This document shows positions 37,056 through 49,489 of a stretch of 64,000 bases of DNA, piece by piece. The DNA comes from Chiloscyllium plagiosum. Its lineage: Eukaryota. The stretch is taken from positions 47,823,803-47,887,802 of the forward strand of contig NC_057718.1 of assembly GCF_004010195.1 (NCBI RefSeq), in the 5' to 3' direction. Each line of letters opens with the position of its first letter. The first letter of the stretch is position 1. Under the pieces are notes generated by a model that saw only the letters and a program-made list of their open reading frames with translations, did no database searches and had not been told where the DNA came from. A program made the position numbers and the translations under genes.

Positions 37056-37386
37056 GTAATCTTGGAAAAACAAATGTTGGGTTCCAGTTTTCTAGGTTGA
37101 TTGCAATGATTTGGAAGGTCTTCAATGTAGGAGAAAATAAAATCAATATGCCTATCCTCCATTCATGAAGTTAGTAATTGAACAGGTTCAGAAAGTCATT
37201 CAGGATTCTAAATTAGAGTCAAATTCGTTGATCTAGTTCTTTACTTATAAGTCCTATTGATTATATAATACTATTTATAATGGCATTTACAGCCAGTAGT
37301 TGACGAATCGTAGAAGTACAGCTTATGTCTGTTAAGAGATCAGGAGTAAGGAAACAATTATAGTCAATACTAGTGGGATAAGTAAG

Positions 37387-37720
37387 ATCATAGAATCCCT
37401 ATGGTGTAGAAGCAGGCCATTCAGCCCATCGAATCCATAACCAAACCTCCAAAGAGCAGCCCAACCATACCCACCTGCCGACCATTCCTGTAACCGTGCA
37501 TTTCCCATGGCTAATCCACTTGCCTTGCACCTTCCTGGATACTGTGGATAATTTAGCATGGCCAATCCACCTAATGTATCAATCTTTGGACTTTGGGAGT
37601 AAACCTGTCCAATGTGGGAGAATGTGCAAACTCCACAAAGCGAGTTGCCCAAGGTTGGAATTGAATCCAGGTTCCGGGTGCCGTGAAGCAGCAGTGCTAA
37701 TTACTGACCCACAGTGCCGC
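37387..37720 (-). mobile_element. Older HE1-type SINE
   Basis: Diverged copy of the same family. Confidence 0.78.
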
Positions 37721-40317
37721 TCCTTATTATTCTGTAAATTCTGTGCTAAATATTCTGTGTTAAATATTCTGTTAATTGTGCAGATCTAGTGTTAAATTAA
37801 TAATAAAAACAATACACCTTTCCGTGTTTGCAATAACAGCTGAAATATCATGTCTGAAGAATAACAAATGGTGTTTTATTTTGCTCAGCATTTTAATATG
37901 CTTTTATAGCTTCCCTTAAAATTTTGTTTGACCAAATAGACTAAATGACAAACATTATGGGCAGATGCAGCCCTAACAACCATATATTTATATAACTCAT
38001 CATGAAGCTTATTTAAATTTCTAGCTCCATGAGTCATTGGCACTCAGAAGACTATAAATAAATGTGAACCAACATTCAGCTTCATCTCAAGGTGTCAATA
38101 ATAGGACTATGCTTTAAAGATCCTTCTCTAACTTGATTTTAAATGTGTTATTTTGTTATTAGTCAATCTGATTAAAAGTAGACACTTGAAGAAAATGATT
38201 AAATTAAATTGTTTTAAAATGTAAGTTTGTCCAGAATTATATTTATATTTTTATGTAATAATCTTCTTATGGTATTTTTAATTTGTTTGAAATATTCCAA
38301 TCAAAATCCGTAGTGTTGTCAGATGAGCATGCACTTGCCTGTTAACATTATGGATTTTAATTCCTTCAGTAAAATATGTTCAAATCAATTTTTTATTTAA
38401 AGGAGGAATGGATGAAAGGATATGAATGAACAAAGGGTAGAATTGGGTGTAAATCTGAATTGGCGATAATAAAAAAATCCCAGACTGAAGCATGCAAAGA
38501 CACTTGGATTGAAGGCCGTGGTGACAGCACTATCAAAATGAGCAAAAGACACTATAATCACATTTGAGACTGAGAGGAATGGGATCTGGGACTTGTTTTT
38601 GTGATGACTTCTGAAAGGTTATAATTTGTCTTATCTTGACACCAATCATGTAATACTTTTGAGGTCTTTGTGTGCAAATTGATAGGGTCTCAGATGCTTT
38701 GTCAGCTGCCTTGAATGGTTATTCCACTATCAGGGATAGTATTGAACTTGAGTATATTCAGGAATTGTGTGTAGTGAGGGATGAGTAGAACTGGTAATTG
38801 GAGAAAAGGAAAGGTGGAATAGAAGAGCTTATAGATAGCTTTTATTTTTTCTGAACTCTGTTTCATGCTGTTAGAATTTTTTTTGTCTAGCAGTTTGGGT
38901 ATAGAATTGTTGAGGCACTAACTTTGGCAAGCATGCAAATTTGATTTCAGGGGTAGTTTTAAGATTTTTTAAGGTTTGCCCAGAATGACTAATGGATAAC
39001 GATATCGAAATAGGCAATCATACTTCAGAAAAGAACAATGCACACTTTAATCCTCATGAGTAAAATGGAAGAAAATTGATCAGTAGCTTGGTGGACACCA
39101 GAAGTATTCATATAGACTTCTGTTGTCTTTTGATGTTTTGGAGACAACCAAACTCGAACAAATAAGCAAGCATGATGTCACGACTCAAGAAATAAAATAA
39201 TTAAAGATTGCACTTCTGTTTGTTGCATAATTGACAGTATTGTTAATTGTATTTGGCAAGAATTGACTATTACAATACATATGGGGATTGGAGTTTTGTG
39301 AGTTTGACCTTGAATTTTTTTAATCTCTGGGACCTTGATTTTTTTATCTCTCTTTTATGATAACAAAATAACTACTCAGTGTGTAGCATTAGCATAACAG
39401 CCAAAGATGCATCACAGAGGTAATATTTTCATGTATCATTTAATTTCCTTCCTTTAAATACGGTATGGGGGATGCAAAAACCTCATGTATTCATCCAGTT
39501 TCTGAATTGGGAGATGAAACTGGAAGACTACATGAAGATTTGTGATCATTAGTGACTTTAAAATGAAAACTAATCAATAGGAAGCAACAACCTGTTTTAA
39601 ATGATAACCAAATGTGTTGCTATCTGGATTGCATATATCAACTGATAACTTCTATTCTGATCACCAATAGTCCAATGTTGCATGTTATAGCTATTTCTTG
39701 TTCTTGTTCATTTTTGCTGAAACTATAAACTATAAAGTTATGTTTTGTTGCACAGTGCACACCTTTATTCATGCGTAAAGAAAAAATTCTGGTAGTTTTT
39801 GTTTTTCCACAAAACATTATTCAAATACTGAAGTTGTGCGTTACACATTTGGTTGAGAAAATTGGTCACAAAAGCATGTAAATCTCAATTTGTATTACAA
39901 TTATTTTGAACATTAATAAATAAATTTTACTGACTGTGGTGGAAATTTCTGATCATTTCTGTTCTTCCACAACATTACATTTTATTGTTCCACCATCACC
40001 CATTGCAGTAAGCATGCTATTCTAACGTGCAAAATAAAGGATGAAGTTCGATCCTTTGTGCATCAGTTAACACTAACGATGACTTTGACTTGTCTAAGCA
40101 GAAATTTGCTGAGGTTAAGAACATCCATTCTTTTGCTTTTGTTAAAAGCCCAATTTCAACAAAAAGAAGTGAAATTGCAAGGCCACTATTAGCACTCAAC
40201 CTTTGTAGTTCCCAACCTCCAACATTTTGCTGTTTGTTTACCACTTATCATTGGATGTAAAGTAATATCTAACTACCACCCCAGACATTTCATTTTAATC
40301 ATTTTTGCTGCTTGCAG

Positions 40318-40415
40318 ATTTTTTGTCTTTGGAACAGGATGCAGTATTTGCACTGGAGTCTCTCCTAGTTCTTTGCAGCCAGGAAAATGGTGTAGGAGCA
40401 CAGAATGCTTTAAAG
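40318..40415 (+). CDS. INTS7: INTS7 exon 10
   Basis: DFLSLEQDAVFALESLLVLCSQENGVGAQNALK; GTAAGG donor. Confidence 0.95.
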
Positions 40416-42264
40416 GTAAGGAATAAAATCTGCTTGTGAATGTGGAAGATGGCTTATATCCTGTTACCATGGAATGATTATATTTGCCATGCCTTAGGAT
40501 GTTATTGCAGTCTTTGCTTTCAGTTTTGAATTTACAGCCAAAAAGACTGAAACCAATTTTATTTCTTATAATACGCCTTTTTTGAGATCAGTACTGTTTA
40601 AGATGTAAATTAGAGTACTACAGTATTACTGTTAATGGCAATGGCATTGATTAATGAACGCATAGTCCTTTTTCAGTCAGTTTACTGTGTATGATATCTT
40701 TCAATGGAGGATGGGCATCACTTTTCTCCTCGATAGAATATATCACTTGTGAATGTGACATTGTGTGCCTTGATTTTGGGGTGCTACAATTTTTGATTTT
40801 TATTTTTCAGGCAGAGTAGTTTTTGACCGTCTGCCGCAGGAAAATTCCTTACCTGTTTTATTTGAAGTGCAATTTCACTGATGTAGTTAAACTGCAGGGT
40901 CTGGAAGGAGAGTTGCTTCCTGTCGAACCCTGATTCAAGCCTGGGTCACTAACCACATTTTATGCCAGTTTCAATCACAGCTAAATCATTGCATAAGAAG
41001 AACACAATGAGTGGGAAGCATGTTCAAAATCAAAATGTTTAGTTTCCCCTGGCAAGTGTGTCAGTAATCAGAAGTCGTAGTTTTATCACAGATTATTTTG
41101 AAGTGGCATATGATGAGAATGCTTGTCTTGCAGAGGGTTGCTGAAATCTGCTGAAAGCACCAGCTGATCGAGTGGTAATATCACATTCAGTGGGAACTTT
41201 CAAATGGCAATTGAACATATACTTGAAGAGAAATAGAAACAGGAAATGCTCATAACACTCAGGTCTGGCAGTCTCTGAGTGAGAAACAGTTAATATTTAA
41301 GGTCTGTGCCTTCTCTGAAATCTAATAGTTTTGAACAATTGAGAATGGGAGGTTGGGAAGAAACCATAGTATAGGCTCTTTAATATGGTGGGGACACAGG
41401 AAAGATTAAATGATAAAATGTTTCATTGTGAAAGGACAAAGCAAGTTGTAACACAACATACAAATAATTCAGTATTAGGAGGCTGAGGTGGAAAGCTGAA
41501 AAGACTGCTTTCACCACCTTCCCAAAATACAAATAGCACCCACCTTAGTCAATCCATTTTTTTTTTCAGTCTGTTCTGCCCTATTGAGCTGATTTTGTTT
41601 TCTTATCTCAAGTTTTACTGATTTTCTTTTTCTCCCCTTATTCCAACATTGGCCTTTGACAATTTACTGACTCTTACTGTCTTCTTTTCACCATGGACTT
41701 CCAGTCCCTCTATCCCCAACAGAATTGTCTGACAGCTCTCCGCCTTTTTCTTGAGTGAAGAGACAATTCCCTATCTACCATTATCCTCCTCTGGCTGACT
41801 GAGCTTGTTCTTGGATTGTGTGACAACTGCTTTATCACCACTGATTTGCTCTAAATAAAAGATGTTCCTTTAGGCATTACGTGGATCCTAACTATGCCTA
41901 CTTTTGTGGGATGTATAGTTAGTACCTTGTTCCAGTTCTGATCTGGTCTCGTTTCCCATCCCTTTTTCTGGTCCCCCACCACCTCCAGCATTTTTCACCA
42001 TGCAAGCTTGGGCATTGCAACATTTGCCCCTTTACTTCTGACCTCCTTGTTGTCCAAGGTTTCTGATATTCATTCCGAGTGAAAGAGATTTATTACTTTT
42101 TCTTTAATTTAGCATGCCTTGTATTTGTTGTTCATGTTGTGGTCATTTTACATCAGGGACTGAGTAACTGTTTTCTGGAACTCTTCCATTCAGTCAGTAA
42201 GCTTGAGCTTCCAGTCAAATGTTATTTTAATTCATTTTAATTTCTTTTGTCTCCCACTTCCTAA

Positions 42265-42660
42265 AAACTAAAGGGGTGGCTATGGGCAACTGCGTGGTCT
42301 GACTTATGCCTGCCTCTTCATAGGATACGTGGAATAGTTCTGCATCCGCAGCTACACCAGCACCATCCCTTACCTTTTCCACCACTACATTGATGACTGT
42401 ATCAGCACTGCTTTGTGCTCCCACACTTTCCACTTCAACTTTAAATTCACCTGGACCATCTCTGACACCTCTCTCCTCTTTTTGGATCTCTTCGTTTCTA
42501 TATCTGGAAATTGACTGAGCACAACCTTAATTTCAAACCCACCAACTCCCACAGCAGTTCTGTCCTGAGAAGAGTCCTGACCTGAAATGTCTACTTTCCT
42601 GCTCCTCCGATGCTGCCTGATCTGTTGTGCTTTTCCAGCTCCACATTTTATCGATTTTAA
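42265..42660 (+). mobile_element. PLE reverse-transcriptase fragment plus terminus
   Basis: TKGVAMG and HYIDDCI motifs; decayed hammerhead motif at ~42564-42591. Confidence 0.65.
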
Positions 42661-43685
42661 TTCTTCATGTTAGTCCCACTTTGACCTATTTGCTACAGTT
42701 TTATTTCACAAATTGAAGGTACAGTCCCTCACTTTTCAGTTGGGTGTGCTACAGCTTTCTGCGCTCAACATTGAATTGAACAATTGTAAATCATGATATC
42801 CACCCCATTTGCCTTATTTCATTTTTGTTCCTTTGTTTCTTCTCTACTTTACATTCAAATGGCAGTTATCATTTTTCAAAGGGATATACTTGCATTGGAG
42901 ATGGTTCAGAGAAGTTCCACTGGAATGGGATGTAAGGAAAGGTTAGTCATATGATCAGTAGATTTGAGAAGCAGGAAATGATCCATGGAAGCGTAAAAAA
43001 TACTTGAGGGCAGAATGGGGTGTGCTTGACAGTGGGGATGCTGCAATGATGCTTCTTCTGGGGTATCTAGAATTAAGGAGAAAAAAAGAGCTCTCCATCT
43101 GGAAAAGAAATGGAGAATTAACCTTGGGAATTTTGAATCCCAAGTGCAGACTGGATCTTTGAATATATTCCAACTTGCGTTAGATGGATTTTTGGTCTAT
43201 AATAGTGGAGGGCTATTGTGGGGGGCAAGTGAGAAATTGGAATTGAAGCCAGTCATGTCATCCATGGTCGTCATGAATGGCACAGCAGGCTTGATTGGCG
43301 AAATGGCCTGCTCCTGCTTGTGTTTCATACATTCCATCATGCTCTGCACACCTCATTTGGACACTCTTTCTTGACATTCACATTTACCGCTCCCTTTAAC
43401 ATTCCACTTGGAAATGTTTACCAAGGAATAATCCCTGCTCCAGCGTCTTGCAGGTCTTCCCTTTTAGTTGTTCTCCCCACACTATACCTTCTAGTTACTG
43501 AAAACCTTTTTGGTGAAAAGTCACAGATCTGAAGAGATAGCTCTATTTCTGTGTCTACAGATGTTACTAGACCTTCTGAATATTTCCAGAATTTTCAGTT
43601 TTTTTTTCAAGATTAAAACATCCAGTGTCCAAAATTAAAAATCAGACAACACTAGGTTATAGTCCAACAGGTTTAATTGGAAGCA

Positions 43686-43720
43686 CACTAGCTTTCGGAG
43701 CGTCACTCCTTCATCAGGTA
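43686..43720 (-). ncRNA. Minimal type I hammerhead ribozyme motif (PLE-associated)
   Basis: UAC-CUGAUGA-A-GGAGU-GAC-GCUCC-GAAA-GC-UA-GUG: full core, 5-bp stem II, palindromic AGCU stem III, 3-bp stem I. Confidence 0.65.
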
Positions 43721-44127
43721 GTTGTGGAGGACACAATTGTAAGACCACAGAATTTATAGCAAAAATTTACAGTGCGATGTAACTGAAATTATACATTGAA
43801 AAATACCTTGATTGTCTGTTGAGTCTTTCATCTGTTCGAATACCATGATAGTTTCACTTCTTGCATGTGTAAATCACAAAACTTTTTTTTTATAAAAGTT
43901 GCATTCTCAGGTTAACTGTAACAATTGGTGTTAGCTAGACAATATGTTGAAGGTGTTAGCCCCCTGTGTTCTCAGTCTATGCCATGAAGTTTAGATTGAT
44001 TCTAATCTAAAAAGCCAGATAACAGAGTTTTACATGAATTCATGCAGTTTTTGAGCAAAGTACATTGTAACTCTGCAAGTACAAATTCACCCCACAAAAT
44101 ATATGTATGTGTGTGCATGTGGGTCTT

Positions 44128-44212
44128 TGTGTGTGTGTGTGTCTGTCTGTGTGTCTGTCTGTGTGTCTGTCTGTGTGTCTGTCTGTGTGTCTGTCTGTGT
44201 GTCTGTCTGTCT
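44128..44212. repeat. Compound (TG)n/(TGTC)n tandem repeat with a 12-bp unit
   Basis: (gtctgtctgtgt)n. Confidence 0.9.
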
Positions 44213-46895
44213 GGGCTGGGGTGTTGTTACACTGTCTCTCACATACACTTACAACTCCCCACTCCAGGCGCGCACACACACTCCCACACTCTCATATGCA
44301 CCCCCTCACAGACTTAAGACACTCTACACTCACATACACACACACATACACTCTCTGTCACACTCACAACCCCCCAACCCAGAGAGACAGACAGTGATTT
44401 TTAACTTTGTACACTCCAGTCCAACACCGGCACTTCCAAAACATCCGGTGTATTTGCAATTGCAGTTATGGGGCTAAGGGTGAGATGTAGGATTACATTG
44501 GGCAACTCTTCCTATGAGCTGGTGCAGGACAGACTGGTCAAGTGACCTCTCTTCTGTGCTGAACAATTCCCTGATCAATAAAATGTGAATGAGAAATAAC
44601 AATAACAGGACAGTAACATTAAAGAGAAGCAGTAAGAATTAAATTTAATAATAGAATGGAATGTACCATCAAACAGCGTTAGTAAGTGTTTCCGCTTTAT
44701 GAACTATAAATATGAACCTCCCATCATCACCCATCCTTTACTGATTGTGATACAAACCTTTTTTGTAATTTTGCTGTCATGCATCCACTAATTACAGTGA
44801 AATGAGTCGACAACTTGCTCTCAGTCCCACAGCATGACTATCAGAGAGAATACAAAATCATCTTGGAAGGCACTCCTATTCTTCCTGTTGTCTTTCCAAC
44901 TCTGTCTGACTGTACTTTCCATTGTAATTTAGATAAGACTGAGAGATTGGTGTGATGAATTTATAAACACCATTGTGCACCTCCCACTCGCAATTTTTGA
45001 AATATGATTAGGTTTTAACAATGTTGCAGAGCTTAAAAGATTATCATCACATTGAGATTTATTGTCATTAAGATTGTGAATTGCTCTGAATTTGAAAATA
45101 AATTACTTTATTTTACAGTATTTATGAAGTTCAACTGTACGCATGTGAACATCACACACTATCTGTATATACTAGTTTACCTAATGAATATAAAAATATA
45201 AATCACTTCGCATAACTCAGTATCTCCACTTAATTTTGCTCTGTTTTCTTGTGGTTCCTCCCTATTCTTTGTCTTTTTTTTCAGCCTATTCTCATTTGTT
45301 TTTATCTCTTTCTTCCCTACCCTATTTACTTTTCTTCTTTTAAACTCCTTCCCACTCTCCTTTCTATCCTCATTCTTATGAAACTCCGATAGAAACCTGA
45401 AGTCTAACCTAACATCTCAAGGACTAATTGTCACTGGATTGTAACTACCACTTTCTTTGAGGGAACAAAAGTATTTAATTGTAAATCAATGTCGTTGAGT
45501 TTACAAGTGAAATGCCTAGGAAGGAAAGAATGGAAAGGCCAGGACTGGTAGAGGTGGGCAAGTAAAATCTCAGAGGAGCCAGGTAAGGGAGAAAACAAAC
45601 AGGAAGACTGTGACGAGGACTTAGGATCAAAAAAGTTGGAACCTTCCAGGATTGAGGAGGTGAATAGAGATATTCAGTCCGAGATGGAACATGAGGTCAG
45701 TGCTTACCTTGAGCTAGGACATACCATACAAGGAAAGAGTTGAAAACCAGCATGGAGACCAAGAGGTAATAGCAAAATACACCTCTCCCATAAAATCCCC
45801 AATTCAAGTAAAAATAGAGCAAAATCTGAGAATTATCAGTATTTACAGTTGTATAAACCCGGTAAATTTTGTGAAACAACTTTTTGTCAAGCGTGGTTTT
45901 TGAAACGTGTCATGTAAATGTTGACCCTCATTTAATGGTTGCATTGATAGATGGGCACAGTTTGTATTATGTTCAGATCTCTGCCTTATGCATGGTTTCC
46001 ACTCAGTGAGCAGGCAGCAAAGCCTGGGAGTTGGTAGTTTCAATCTCGGGGTCTTCAGGGCACTGATAGCTAAATTGAAGGCTTGTGATGGGCAGGGTCC
46101 AGTTGGCTGGTCAAGAAAGGTAGTTCCAGATGGCAGCGACACCTTTTTGACATTAATATAACTGGTATATTCGTCATATCAGATTGGTCAGGTACAAGAG
46201 TGAAGCAACTATAAAGAAAGTTGGATAGGTTGCTTATATTAGAATATAGATCCATAGTTGGATAATTGGGCAGAAAGAGCTGGAAGTTGACCTAAAGGTC
46301 AATAATCAATAAGACCTTATAGTGTCTGTCAATGAAGCATCCTCAGTAAACGATTACTTAAAGCTCCATATTGTGAGGAGATTGGAATGGTGCATTACAG
46401 ACAGAAGAACTCATTAGGACAATGGAGGTCTTGCTGAAATTAACAGCACTGTTTCAATTTGGATCTGTTTTCTGCACAGAAACAAAAGTGAAGTCCTACA
46501 TCATTGGGGATCTGGAGTCAGAAGACTGGAAGGGCATCCTGGAAGTTGGAAGGGTGGGGTGGTGGTGATTAGAGCGATGTTGACAATCACAGTTTGCTAT
46601 AGATGATCAGCTATTAAGATGGGAGGATGGTGGAATGAGAGACCTAATATTGTGGGATCAGTGGGCACTTTGTGATGCTGCATAAACAGACATATTTGTT
46701 AAATTTTGCACTTTGACATATTAACACTGTGGCAAATCATGAGGTTGTCAGGGATAATATTCAGGTTTTTACTGTGATTTGTTTTCTGATTATTGTGAAA
46801 AGTCTGGCATTTTACGATCTAATAGGCTCAGCACCTGTACTTCTTGTGCCTTCATTGGTACTTAATCCTCTGATGTCTTTTCCCCCTTTGTACAG

Positions 46896-47135
46896 ACTGC
46901 ATTTACTTGCATGGTAAAGTTGACACGTAGTCGCCCTCACCTGAGTCAGCCTGTGGTTGAATCTCTGCTGACCCAACTACATAATGCACAGGACACTGCT
47001 CGTATTCCAATGTGCCATAGCCTTGCAGCTATAGCAATGCAGTTGCCTGTCTTGGGCGAAGGAATACTAGGAGAACTGATGGAATTGTATAAAATGATTG
47101 GATCTTCATCAACAGACAAACAACAAGAACTTCTG
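46896..47135 (+). CDS. INTS7: INTS7 exon 11
   Basis: 240 nt, TAFTCMVKLTRSRPHLSQ...TDKQQELL; GTAAAA donor. Confidence 0.95.
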
Positions 47136-48021
47136 GTAAAACAAATGTTCAGATTCATTTGATCAAAAAGTGTACATTTGATTAAAAGGAAAATATAAAA
47201 TTGTACAGTGTTACTGATTTTGTATAAGAAACTAGTAAACTGGTTCCTTAGCTAGTGATGAATAGAATCAAGAAAGGATTCTCAGAGTTTCACGGCCTGG
47301 AAAAGAGGCCAGTCAGTCATTGCACCTATTTTAGCTGTCCGAAAGAACCTGTATGACTACTGACCAAGAACATTTTTATGAATCACATGAACAGCATCTT
47401 TTATATTTCTTTTTATTAATGCACTTATTTTTTTCCACCTATAATTGAAAACTATGATTTCCTAATGGGAGCATTTTCCCCATTTATGTAGAGGCTTACC
47501 TGCTAATGAGTATAGTTGACTGTCTTCAGTGACCTGAATTGTTACCTTTAGTGAATGAACCAAATAACATCTGTGTTTTAAGGTGTTCTAGGTTACATTA
47601 GGAGTTATAATTTTAAAATAATGGCTTAAGTAAAAATATATTTTTGGGGAGGACAAATCTTTAATCCTTTGAAAAGTGACATATTTGATAAATGAATATG
47701 AATTTTTCTTTACCTAACAATATTTGTGATTTGCCTTCTAGATTGGTTTATTGCATGATATTGCTTGAAAATAAAAATGGTGTTTAAATATGATTATTTA
47801 CTCAAGAAATAGCTATATTGTCTCACACACTCTGAACTTTTTAGTAAGAGTAACATCAAAATTAATTTCACCTGTCAGTTCAGCTTTTGATCAGACTCAC
47901 TTTTTGGTTAAAAGTATGTTTGATTACAATCCTGTGAAGTGCCTTGGAATCTTTTACAACATTTAATGGCACTTTATAAATGTAAGTTGTTGCTTTGTAT
48001 TTTAAATATTTTTACAGCTTT

Positions 48022-48560
48022 TTAGAAACATAGAGAATATGTGCAGGACTAGGCCATTCAACCCTTCGAGCCTACACTACCATTTAATACGGTCATGACT
48101 GATTATGCAATCTTATTATCCCATTCCTGTCCTCTCCACATACCCCCTTGACACTTTTAGCACAAGGACAACATCTAGCTCCCTCTTAATTATTTCTAAA
48201 AAAACTGGCTCCAACAGCTTCCTGTGGTAGAGAATTCCACAGGTTCACAACTAGTGAAGAAATTCTTCCTCATCTCAGTCCTGAATGTCTTAGCCCTTAT
48301 TCTTATACTATGAGCCCTTGTTTTCGACTTCCTCAACATTGGGAACATTTTTCCCGCATCTAGCCTGTCCAATCCCATCAAGATTTTGTATGTTTCTATG
48401 AGATCCACTCTCATTCTTTTAAATTCCAGCAAATAAAGGCCCAGTTTGACCCAGTCTTTCCTCTTTTGTCAGTCCTGCCATCCCAGAAATCAGTTTGGTG
48501 AACCTTCGTTGGACTCCCTCAATAGAATAAAATGTCCTTCCTCAGACTCGGAAACCAAAA
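48022..48560 (-). mobile_element. CR1 3' fragment ending ~40 nt before INTS7 exon 12
   Basis: RMRVDLIETYKILMGLDRLD...RKNFFT. Confidence 0.82.
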
Positions 48561-48600
48561 TCGCAACAATGATTACTATACTTTCTTCTTTCCCTGCCAG

Positions 48601-48738
48601 GTAGCGTTGGCTGCAGTCATTTTTGTAGCCAATCAGAAAACTTTGTCTTCTGAAGTCAAAGGTGTCATAAAACAACAATTGGAAAATGTAGCCAACGGCT
48701 GGACAGTTTACAGAATTGCTCGGCAGGCCTCCAGAATG
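48601..48738 (+). CDS. INTS7: INTS7 exon 12
   Basis: VALAAVIFVANQK...NGWTVYRIARQASRM; GTAAGT donor. Confidence 0.96.
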
Positions 48739-49489
48739 GTAAGTATTTTTTTCAAGATATTTTATGAATAAATCCTAACCAAAAATTAAACGAATATTGC
48801 TTATATGCAAAAATCTGAGCTTTGTGAGGAGTATCCGTCTCTTCTAAAAGTAACTTGGATGCTGGAGTACTCTTTCTTCCTTTGTAAGGGTTTCCCCCGA
48901 TCATTGTTCTGTGCCAAAGAACCCCTGTACTGTTTGTGAGACTGTGCGAAGGGGTTCATGAAAGCTGGAAGAGCAAAAGACTTTCTGTCATTGAGAGTAT
49001 TTCCTGGTATGTTCCCACAGGTAAGGGTGAAATTACAGGCAATCTTCTTGTGTCCCCTTGTTTGAATACAACTCCTACATGTTTCAAAACCTCCATTGCC
49101 CTCCTTCAACTTTTCCAGGTCCAAATAGCATCCCATTATCAATCTGTCCATTGGGCTGGGAAGGTGCAGTTAAGTGATGAATGTGAAGGCAATGACAGGA
49201 GCAAGAAATGAAACCTAATGATGGTCCATCCTTAGTCTCCCTTTCCTCTTTGAGTTACTTGAATGTGTTGGTTGCATGTTTAAACTCTTGCAATTCACTA
49301 TTTGAATCTATTTGTCTTGTCTGCCCTGTTGGTAGTACCATGATAACCCTGACCAAAATCACAAATTTCATCTTCTGGACTGCATCCACAGTACATTATC
49401 CCTGATTATACCCTCCGCATCATCCCTGCAGCATTTGACAAGTTCAACTAAGCTGTTCTCCAATAGCCTGTAATAGCTTTCTGACATTA

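Larger units (their letters stand above)
43629..44437 (-). mobile_element. PLE-derived element with intact hammerhead motif and internal inversion
   Basis: 14-bp TSD AAAACATCCRGTGT at 43615-43628 and 44438-44451; inverted termini; same family as 32820-32936. Confidence 0.75.

Noticed and set aside
44040..44477. ORFs with TDRH/CVCL/VCVS repeats
   Set aside because: Translations of a microsatellite.
45480..46720. Purine-rich stretch as a possible gene or transposase
   Set aside because: No sustained frame or recognisable motif; probably very old repeat debris that I cannot classify.
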